From positions 115,722 through 179,721 of the forward strand of contig NIVC01002372.1 in the NCBI GenBank assembly GCA_002269645.1: DNA of 64,000 nucleotides. Direction: 5' to 3'. Of the stretch, positions 46,284-56,389 are shown piece after piece (within the stretch, counting starts at the first letter, position 1; each line of letters starts with the position of its first letter). The notes under the pieces were generated by a model. That model was given only the letters and a program-made list of their open reading frames with translations. It made no database searches and had not been told where the DNA came from. The stretch comes from Macrostomum lignano (lineage: Eukaryota). Made by a program: the position numbers and the translations under genes.

Positions 46284-49200
46284 TCTTATATCTAAAGCTG
46301 AGTGGGTCGATCGACCGGCCGGGTTTAACGCGTATCTCCTCCTAGACGGCTGGCAACTCAAATGCGGGACTTACATATATCAATTCAAAATTTTCCTACG
46401 CAACAAATAGGCTATTTTAATGTTGAAAAATTAAAAGTCAAGTCCGTTAAAAAAGCAAAAAACTGTTTTCTTAACCTTCTTTGGCCACTTTGCCTCTCCA
46501 GTGGCATTATTGTAAAAACAACCACCCCAACCTCCCCCGCAGGTCGCTGTGTATTGGAGGGGTGGTTGATGCGTGTTCTGGGTTCAATGCTAATAAAACC
46601 CCCGCGTGTTGGGGGGTTCAGTTAAATTTAATGCTTCCCTCCAGAACGGAGGGTTGGTTTGGGCTGAGTGTACATAGCAATGTACATTGTAAACAGATAG
46701 ATAGGACTGTGTCGAGATTCAATTGGTTTTACTATCGGCGCCTTTCAAAAGGCAGCCTGTCTGTATATTAGCTGGGCAGTGAAATTCAATGAATAAACAG
46801 CAGGCAGGTGAATGTACACTCGATACTTAACGCTTTGAACCGGGAAGTTCAGACGTTAACTGTTCCTTTTTTTAACTTTGAGAGGAGAGACTTATATTGC
46901 TGGAAGGATCTTGCAACGCTGAATTCGGGGATTTAAGTTATTTGCTTTAAATATGAAAACAAAAAGCACAGCATTGAAAAAACGATTCCATACTTTTAAA
47001 ATTTCTGCCAAGATTGTAGTTGGGGGGGGGGGGTTGAGTACACAAATTCAGGCCAGCTATCATTTGAGTAAATTCAGTAATGGAGGAGGCTGGTAACAAA
47101 TTTCAATTGGTTTGATTATCGGCGCTTTCAGTCCGTCAGATAAGAGAGTAAAGAGAAGAGAGATTTCAAGGAGAAGAGAGGATAGAAAGATGATAGAAAG
47201 ACAGTAGATATGAGAGATAAGAGATTAAAGACGACAGAGCCAGAGGGGAGAGAAGAGGGGAGTGAGGCGGGAATGATGAAGAGGGAGAGCGAAGAGAAGA
47301 GAAAGTAGAGGGAAGAAAGGAGGGGAGAGAGGAAAATGAGAGAGCAAAGGAGGGAGGAAAGATGGGAGGAGAGAGGAGGGATAAGATAGTACAGAGGAGA
47401 GAGAAGAGAGAGGAGAGATGAGACAGGAGACGGTAGAGAGAAGAGGGGAAAGATGAGAGATGAAGAGGGAGAGGGTAAGAGAGAAAATAGGAGTATGAGA
47501 ATTGAGAGCAGAGAGGAGAGACGAGAGAGAAAAAAGAGGAGAGAGAGAGGACAGGGTAGAGGAGAGGCGATAGATAAGCGAGTAGAGATGAGAGATGAGA
47601 GAGAAGAGGAGAGATAGAGAGAATTGAGAGAAGACAGGAGAGAAGAGATAGAGAGAAGAGGGGAGAGAGCGAAGCGAGAAGAGAAGGGAGAGAAGAGAGA
47701 GATGAAAAAACAAATGAGAGAGCAAAAGGGGAAAGATGAGAGAATAGAGATGAGAAAATAGAGATGAGAGCGTAGAGGGGAGAGATGAGAGATGGGAGGT
47801 GATTGATAAGAAAGTAAGAGTAGAGATGAGAGAGGAGATGGAGAGCAGGAAGCAGAAAGAAGAGATTAGATAAAGGAGCAAAGAGGAGAGAGGCGACAGG
47901 AGAGAGTCTCAGTCTGGACGATGGCAGTCAATTTTTGTAAACAGGGAAAACATGCTATGATATTTCAGAGGTTTTATGGAGGATTTGGAAGATTTGGAAG
48001 ATTTTTTGACGTATACCCAGACAAGTAAAAATCATATTTTTATAGACTTCAGTTTCATAGTCTTGATTGACTGAAATTTGATAGAGATAGTATTTTTTTA
48101 AATCGATGGATTGTAGCTTGAAGGAGGATGATACAAGCTAGATTGCAGTTTAACGGAGAGGATTTTGATGATAGCTGTTTCATGGAGAGGATGAAATGGT
48201 TAAATTGAAAGGGAATAGAGAAAAGAGAAAAGGCTAGAGTAGATAAAAGATTAGATGAAAGAGAACATGAAAAGAGAGAATTAAAAGGGACAGATTAGAG
48301 AAAAGAAAAAAAGAGAATACAGGCGAGAGAAGAGATGAAGGAATTGAGAGGAGAGAGGAGAGTGGTAAGAGAGGAGAAAGAGGAGACAGAGGGAGTAGAG
48401 CCAAAAGACGAGAGAGAAGAGATAAATTAGTAGAGATGAGGGGAGAGAGAGGAGAGAGAAGCAAGAGGATAAGGGAGAGAGGAGAGGGGAGAAAGTAGAG
48501 AGATGAGAGAGCAGAGAGGAGATAAAGGAGAGGAGAGAGAAGAGATAAAAGAGGAGAGAGGAAAAAGTTGAGAGGAGAAAGTAGTGAGGAGAGATAAGAG
48601 AGTAGACATGAGAAATGATAGATAAGCGAGGAGATGAGAGCAGAGAGGAGATAGGAGAGATTAGAGATGAGAGAGCAGAGAGGAGATAGGAGAGATTAGA
48701 GATGAGAGAGCAAAGAGGAGAGAGGAGACAGACGAGAGTCTCAGTCTGGACGATGGCAGGCAGTCAATTTTTGCACACAGGTAAAACAACATGGTTTTTG
48801 GGAGGTTAATAGAGGATTTGGAGAGGATTTGGACGATGAGATTCGTGTCATTGGATTCAGCTGATGGATTTCAGGGAATGAAATTCTGGCGATGGGAGTT
48901 CTATCCCCTTACTCCGCCAACGGAGGAGTTGGCCTCGTCTTCTTATATCTAAAGCTGAGTGGATCGATCGACCGGCCGGGTTTAACGCGTATCTCCTCCT
49001 AGACGGCTGGCAACTCAAATGCGGGACTTATATATATCAATCCAGAATTTTCCTACGCAACAAATAGGCTATTTTAATGTTGAAATTTCCAAAATTAAGT
49101 CAGTTAAAAAAGCAGAAAACTGTTTTCTTAACCTTCTTTGGCCACTTTGCCTCTCCAGTGGAGGGGTAGTGGCATAATTGTAAAAACAACCACCCCAACC

Positions 49201-51241
49201 TCCTCCCGCGGGTCGCTGTGTTTTGGAGGGGTGGGTGACGCGTGTTCTGGGTTCAATGCTAATAAAACCCCCGCGTGTTGGGGGTGAAGTAAAATTTAAT
49301 GATTCCCCCCGGCCCGGAATAGGGGGGGTTGGTTTGGGCTGAGTGTACATAGCAATGTACTGTGTAAACAGATAGATAAGGACTGTGTCGAGATTCAATT
49401 GGTTTTATTATCGGCGTCTTTCAAGACTGTGTATTTAGCTGGGCAGCTAATTCAATGAATAAACTTGCGAGCCTCTTACTAGCTAGCAGGCAGTGAATGT
49501 ACACTCGATAGATACTTCAATGCTTTAAATCGGGAAGTTTAAACGCTAACTGTTCCTCGAGTTTTAAGCTTTGAGAGGAGAGAATTTATATTGCTGGAAA
49601 GATCTTGCAACGCTGAGTTTGGGGATATAAGTTATTTGCTTTAAATATGAAAACAAAAAGCACAGCATTGAAAAAACGATTTCCATACTTTTAAACTTTC
49701 TGCCAAGATTGTACTTGGAGGGGGGGTTGCGTACAGAAATTCAAGCCAGCTGTCATTTGAGTAATTTCAGTAATGGAGGAGGCGGGTGACAAATTTCAAT
49801 TGGTTTAATTATATCGGTGCTTTCAGTCCGTCGACGAAAGAGGGGAGAGAAGAGGGGAGTGAGGCAGGAATGATGAAGAGGGAAAGTGAAGAGAAGAGAA
49901 TGTAGAGGGAAGAAAGGAGGGGAGAGGAAAATGAGAGAGCAAAGGAGGGAGGAAAGATGGGAGGAGAGAGGAGGGATAAGAGAGTACAGAGGAGATAGAA
50001 GAGAGAGGAGAGATGAGACAGGAGACGGTAGAGAGGAGAGGGGAAAGATGAGAGAATAGAGATGAGAAAATAGAGAGCGCAGAGAGGAGAGATGAGAGAT
50101 AGGAGGTGATTGATAAGAAAGTAAGAGTAGAGAGGAGAGAGAAGATGAGAGCAGAGAGAAGAGATTAGATAAAGGAGCAAAGAGGAGAGAGGAGACAGGA
50201 GAGAGTCTCAGTCTGGACGATGGCAGTCAATTTTTGCAAACAGGGAAAACATGCTATGATATATCAGAGGTTTTATGGAGGATTTTTTAAATTTTTTGAC
50301 GTATACCTAGACAAGTAAAAAGCATATTTTTATAGACTTCAGTTTCATAGTCTTGAGTGACTGAAATTTGATAGAGATAATATTTTTTAAATTGATGGAT
50401 TGTAGCTTGAAGGAGATGATACACGCTGGATTGCATTTAACGAAAATGATTTTGATGATATCTGTTTCATGGAGAGGATGAAATGGCTAAATGAAAGGGA
50501 ATAGAGAAAAGAGAAAAGGAAAGAGTAGATAAATAATTAGATGAAAGAGAACATGAAAAGAGAGAATCAAAAGGGACAAATTAAAGAAAAGAAAAAGAGA
50601 ATAAAGGCGAGAGAAGAGATGAGGGAATTGAGAGGAGAGAGGAGAAGGGGTAAGAGAGGAGAAAGAGGAGACAGGAGGGAGTAGAGCCAAAAGACGAGAG
50701 AGAAGAGATAAATGAGTAGAGATGAGGGGAGAGAGAGGAGAGAGAAGCGAGAGGATAAGGGAGAAAGGAGAGGGGAGAAAGTGGAGAGATGAGAGAGCAG
50801 AGAGGAGATAAAGGAGAGGAGAGAGAAGAGATAAAAGAGGAGAGAGGAAAAAGTAGAGAGGAGAAAGTAGTGAGGAGAAAGAAGAGAGTAGATATGAGAG
50901 CGCAGAAAGGAGAGATAAGAGAGTAGAGATGAGAGATGAGAGATGAGATGAGAAATGATTGATAAACGAGCAGATGAGAGCAGAGAGGAGATAGGAGAGA
51001 TTAGAGATGAGAGAGCAAAGAGGAGAGAGGGACAGACGAGAGTCTCAGTCTGGACAATGGCAGGCAGTCAATTTTTGCTAACAGGTAAAACAACATGGTT
51101 TTTGGGAGGTTAATAGAGGATTTGGAGAGGATTTGGACGATGGGATTCGTGTCATTGGATTTAGCTGATGGATTTCAGGGAATGAAATTCTGGCGATGGG
51201 AGTTCTATCCCCTTACTCCGCCAACGGAGGAGTTGGCCTCG
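46284..51241 (+). mobile_element. Helitron-like subfamily C, two more diverged units with doubled GA tract
   Basis: Units 46284-48937 and 48938-51241; 5' tcttatatctaaagctgagtgg, 3' actccgccaacggaggagttggcctcg. Confidence 0.8.
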
Positions 51242-51360
51242 TATTATTATTATTATTATTATTATTAATTTTAATATTATTATAATAGTAATTATTATTA
51301 GTAGCTAGCTTTATTGTTGTAGTTAATATTATTATTATTATTATTATTTTATTTTATTAG
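51242..51360. repeat. (ATT)n-rich microsatellite flanking the array
   Basis: tattattattatt runs immediately after the terminal CTCG. Confidence 0.9.
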
Positions 51361-52829
51361 CAATAGCAAATACATGACTAAAATCGCTGTAATGTCTGTG
51401 CAATAGTTTAACATTTATGCTTCATTCTTTCTGCGATCCTACGCTTTGTTCTAACAAGCTAACTGGTGTCAACGTCTGGCTTGAAGCTTTATTGAAATTC
51501 GAAATTTCTGTTTAGAAGCTAAACGTCAACTTCCAGCAACTTGCGCATTTTTGACGGATCACAGCCGACTATAAAATATCCCTAAAACTTCGTTAGCGAG
51601 TGTTATATTTAGCTTTGTTTCCATGGCGATTTTTTAACAAGCTTATTGGAAAGCATATTTACTAATCCGATATCATTAATACGATAATAGTAATAGTACG
51701 TAATAGTAAAAAGCCGCTATTGAGTCTTACATATTATTAAGTATTTTTGTAGTACAGACAGCTCTGTTTATAGCCACTTTACGTTTTTTTGCTTTAGTTT
51801 TAAAAGCTACGAGGCACCACACTCGGCTTTCTTAGAAATAAGCTGAAGGCCAGTAAGGAACTTACGCTCGCTCGTACATTTTATACAGAATTTACAGCCA
51901 TGACTTACCATGTTTTACCATAGACAACTAAGAAATCTTCTGCAGTAGCCAATCGATGCGACTGGGGGCTTCGCGAAGCAAAATAGCACCCCAGATTTAC
52001 GGCGGACGGGAAATACGTGGTTTTACGCGACCGAAGTTGTCTATGGCAAAACCCGATTTAGTACTAAGCATTCTCAGTTTTGCACAGAGACAAATATATA
52101 TATATATTACTGGCCTGCAGCTAAGAACATCGAATAAGGCGGACTTTTACTTCAGTTTTCCATGCTTCTACGTATAGCTACTGCTGCGGTCACGCATGAT
52201 GATATTTCTTTGCCGAACACAAAGTTTAAGTACCTATTTACTTATTCAAAGGCTACTTAATTTTGTCGACTTTCGCGCGTGCATGCTGGAGATTCGTTGT
52301 TTTCTATAGTCACGCCGCTTAATCACAAATGACTAACCAATATACTAACACGTATTACTAAAGTAGATATATCATATTACGCAAACATACGCTCGTATGA
52401 CGCAACTAAGTTTTTCATCTTAAGTTAATCTCCTCGATTCGTCAGAGCAGCGTAATTTGCATGTATTCAGGAGACAAACGCACTTGAACTTTAATTTAAA
52501 TTAGAGTCAGCTTGAAAATACACTAGCTTAAAAGTTACTATTAACCAAATGAACAATATTTCCGTCATTCGAGCGTATAGTGAGCCGAACAGATCCGAAT
52601 TCTCGATTGGCGTCGCATCCTTAAATAATTTGCCTCGTTGTAAACTTATTGAAGGAAGGTTTCTTTCGACCCTGATGAGGCCATTGTCATAGCAAACATT
52701 ATGTGAGGGTACCGTATGATGACGCAGCTTATAGCGCTTGTGATGGCCTTGAGTCATGAGACCACTTCAATGTGGCGCTCTGAGCACCCTTTATGGTCCA
52801 GGGCTGCGACAAATTTTAGTTGGCCGCAG

Positions 52830-53140
52830 AAACAAATAGAATAAGCTCTGGACGTCTCCTATCACCGGCTGCTGCGCAACGCTCCCGGATGCTGCTACTA
52901 CCCAGAGCTGCTCGAAAACGCCGCCCCTGAGCACCACCCTGAGCCCTGAGCTGACTGGCCCTGATGGGCCACTGCCTCCGTAGCCATTGTCATGGAATGG
53001 CCACGTAGCCATGGAAGCCACGCCTTCCTTCTGGCCACCCTGATGCTGCACTACCCAACTGAGCCCCTGCGCCGAGAACAAGCCCCACCATCCTGCGGGC
53101 CACACTGACGAAGGACCTGCTAAACATCTCGGCCTGACCC
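52830..53140 (+). mobile_element. Degenerate RTE-like LINE RT C-terminal remnant
   Basis: GC-rich island reading ALDVSYHRLLRNA (cf. RTE LD..Y.RLLR.A) and LATLMLHYPTEPLRREQA, similar to LLLTLQAPYRRGQA in the element at 2097-2400. Several frameshifts. Confidence 0.4.
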
Positions 53141-53494
53141 CCCTTAACCACCACTGACTGTTCAGCCTGTTCAAAAAACACTGGAAATTTAACGCTACTG
53201 TATTTTTAGTCAATTTTTTATTCATAGATAAGCTTTCACACATTTGGCTATCACCAAAATGGCTTCCGATTGTACATGCACGCTTGTATAAACCAACATT
53301 CCAAAGCCAGTCTTATTTTAAGCTTATTGTTCCTCATTCGCGTCTTGGATAAATATCAAAAGAATTTAAACAGCTCAGGTACATGTACCGGTAGCTTATG
53401 AGGTTAACAACAAAATATTTTGATGAAGATTTTGATTGAATTGGTCAAGCACAAGTTGCATGTATTCGAATAATAGTTCTGTGCAGATAATACA

Positions 53495-53718
53495 CTTCAA
53501 TTAGACAATATAGACTTCAATTAGACAATCTAAACTCCAATTAGACACCATTGAATTCAATTGGACACCATAGGCTCCAATTAGGCACCATAGACTCCAA
53601 TTAGGCACCATAGACTCCAATTAGACACCATAGCCTCCAATTAGACACTCTAAACTCCAATTAGACACCATTGAATTCAATTAGACAATCTAGACTCCAG
53701 TTGAGCATTCTAGACTCC
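53495..53718. repeat. Degenerate 20-bp minisatellite (caattagacaccatagactc)
   Basis: About 11 copies with period 20. Confidence 0.85.
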
Positions 53719-53778
53719 CTCATAATTTCATTTAACCTAATCATCAGGTGCGTTGAGCGTCCGGACAGCACGTAGATC

Positions 53779-55231
53779 ATGCCCAATGCCTTAGTGAACG
53801 CCATCGCATCCAGCTCGGCCCATATGGCATCAGTCGAGCAGCTGCCACCAAAGCCAAGCCACTACGCCTAATTTGGACAGTGCTGTTTGTCGTATTTCTG
53901 GCATTCTTCCTCAAGAGTGGCATCAGTTTCATGATAAAGCTGCAAGAGAACAAGCTGACAAAGATTTTCACCTGGATCAGGTGCCTTTTCTATTTCCAGA
54001 TTTGTACTTCTGTCCAAGTAATCCGTATTCAGGCAGCTACCCGTTTCTGCTATCAAAGGCGGAAGCAGAGATCTTAAATGACAAAATTAACAAGCTTATT
54101 CTGCAGTATGAAAAACTATACTTATTTACAAATTTTTCCAGCCGGGACAGTGTAGACATCAGGTCATTCTTTAATTGTTCAAAATGCGTTTCCATTTTAG
54201 CTGGCAGCCGAGTAATTGACCCGTCGCAAAGAACAGGCTATACTCAAGGCATGGATGATCAGCAACTATCTGAAATATGACATCCCGTTAGAGTTATTTT
54301 ACAATCCGGAGAACCTAATTTGCGTCAGAGTTAATCAGATTTACCGACAAACTAAAACAAGAAATGATGTCTTCCAGTAGCGTTATGAAATTTTCGCTAT
54401 CCACAGATCCTTACTTCACTGACTTGAATTTCACTGGCAGTCCATATTCATCCGATTGTTGACAATAAAAAAGGATCAGTACGGAGCTAAAGATGTCAGG
54501 CTGTATGATGGTAATTGTCCCACCCGGGACTTATCCGTCACTGAAGTTTGAGAAGAAAGTACACATGGCTCCTGGCAAATGCTTGTATTCTAATAGAGCT
54601 GCAGTTGGAAGAGAATGCTTGTAGTGAGGACCTGCACAGGACTCAATACCTTCAATGCATTGAAAACCATCCCCAGTTGGATTCAGGAACCCAATGACTC
54701 ATAGGTCTGAGTACTACAACTACAGCAGTTCCGCTTGCTACTACTCGTATCTGCATAGAAGTGCTCTACAACGGAAAATGCTCTGCCAAATGTCCTTATC
54801 GCCCAGCCTGTGGAAGTACCGCGTCATTGGCCCCGCTGTTACAACTCAACAAAATGACTGAATCTTCTATAGCACAATTTAGAAGTTCTATCAGAAGTAC
54901 GCAGTCCACGGAGCAATTCCGCAGGAGAATACCATGCTAATATCCGCAGTACAGTGCTCGCTACTCATTCTCTAAATGGCCAAGCATTGGAAGCGCTACA
55001 GAGCACTATTTTGCCACCGCGGTTGCACTATGACAATGAGACGGCGACGGCAAATCTGGTCAGTATCGCCCGAAGTTTGAAAACAAAAGGCTCTGTTGCT
55101 TCGATGATGTCGCCTCAGGTTGTACTTACTGGTCTTACACGTTCACTGACTTTCTAGCCGACACTGGCGCACACATCGGGTGCAGTGTGCTCACTCTGTG
55201 CGAGCTGCTCGAGCTGGTGTACTCGATCTAA
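53779..55231 (+). pseudogene. Intronless DEG/ENaC pseudogene, copy 2 (paralog of 20256-21615)
   Basis: MPNALVNAIASSSAH/GISRAA..TM1..KDFHLDQVPFLFPDLYFCPSNPYSGSYPF aligns with copy 1. The TM2 region DFLADTG..IGCSVLTLCELLELVY has a deletion, and there are many frameshifts. Confidence 0.8.
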
Positions 55232-56204
55232 TAGAGCGTTTACTCATTAAAGCATGCTCGAGACGCACGTTTTCGAGAGACGAGCCAACAGAACTGAAGT
55301 GCAGTTGTCAATCAGATTTAAAAATCAGATTTAAAAGATTTTAAAAAATGACTAAGATTTTTTTTGCTTTTTGTTTTCGCAATGAACATGGTCAATATGA
55401 GTTGCAACTTTGTTGAGGTGAAGGCCACATGGACCGAAAGCAATGCAGTTCCCAGTAAATTAGATATGCGGGTAGCACCAATCAGTCGGTATCAGAAATC
55501 ATTTAAAATAATATGCTAGACATGTTTTTTTGTGCAGTTTGATCCCAGAGTAGATTGGAAGCGGTAAAAAATAAATAGTTCTGCTGACACTGACGTATCA
55601 CATATCAAGACAAAAGCGTACAAATGTATTATACATGTACTAGTAAGCATGTGTACTTTCTAGGGATTCAATAATTAAAGTAGTACATGTACCATGTACA
55701 CTGTACATGTACATGTACATTCAGCGGTTGCTCGGATCCGCTGCATGCTCGGATTGGATGGGTTGGATTAGCTTAATCCTGCGCATATAGGATTACGGCG
55801 CGGTGTGCCACACGTATATCATGTAATCTAGCTCTAGAGATGTACATACATTGCACACGTATCTTTCTTATTCTGGCCCTTGGGCTTGTTTTACCCTTTG
55901 TTTTCTTAATATGCAAATAATACTTTGCTTTTTGAAGTACTATATATAAATACGAGGACATGATGCAATTCTATATTGTTCCCCGAACTGACAATTGCAT
56001 CTGAATGTACGATCGAAATGTTTTAAAGTTTCAATGAAAATTCCGAAATGGAATTTTCCTGTCTTGACAAAACTATATACCCCCATTTGTCACGCAATCA
56101 ACGCCTTTGAGGCCGTCAACCCAAGGCACAGAGAAGTGTACTATAACATGTACATGTACTGCTGTAGATATGTACATGTCAACGCAACAATAGTTAGAAC
56201 TGCT

Positions 56205-56355
56205 GCACACTAGCTCCTATGTGAGACTGTGTACGTATTTGCACGCTTGTGTTTCTGCTTAGGATAAAGTCGGCGGAATGGGCAGTAGCTGCCTCTCACC
56301 GCGGTTGTTTGATATATCTCACTTGCGCCATTTGTGAACACAGCCCTTGCCTCGA
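56205..56355 (-). repeat. Unclassified dispersed repeat (family X), copy 3
   Basis: gtcggcggaatgggcagtagctgcctctcacc..cccttgcctcga matches the other two copies. Confidence 0.65.
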
Positions 56356-56389
56356 ACTAAAAATAAAACTAATACACTGCCTCAATTTC

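Larger units (their letters stand above)
22405..51241 (+). mobile_element. Head-to-tail tandem array of 13 non-autonomous Helitron-like elements (three subfamilies)
   Basis: Unit starts: 22405, 23629, 24855, 27173, 29427, 31825, 33957, 36932, 39649, 41633, 44016, 46284, 48938. 5' ends are TC(T)ATATACTAAAG-like (some TA) followed by (GTCT)n. 3' ends are hairpin CTCCTCC-GAA-GGAGGAG or a variant, then ~6 nt and usually CTCG. Outer flanks A|TC and CTCG|T; no TSD, no RepHel ORF. Confidence 0.85.

Noticed and set aside
26114-50690. Long Leu/Ser/Phe-rich (minus) and Arg/Glu-rich (plus) ORFs in the array
   Set aside because: They follow from polypurine/polypyrimidine composition, have no domain motifs, and their frames are not preserved between units.
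22405-51241. Autonomous Helitron RepHel gene or hammerhead-ribozyme retrozyme
   Set aside because: No HUH/Y2 or PIF1 helicase motifs appear in any listed ORF, and I found no CUGAnGA..GAAA core with supporting stems.
51617-51630. RFX X-box-like GTTTCCATGGCGAT
   Set aside because: One half-site is mismatched and no adjacent gene start was identified.
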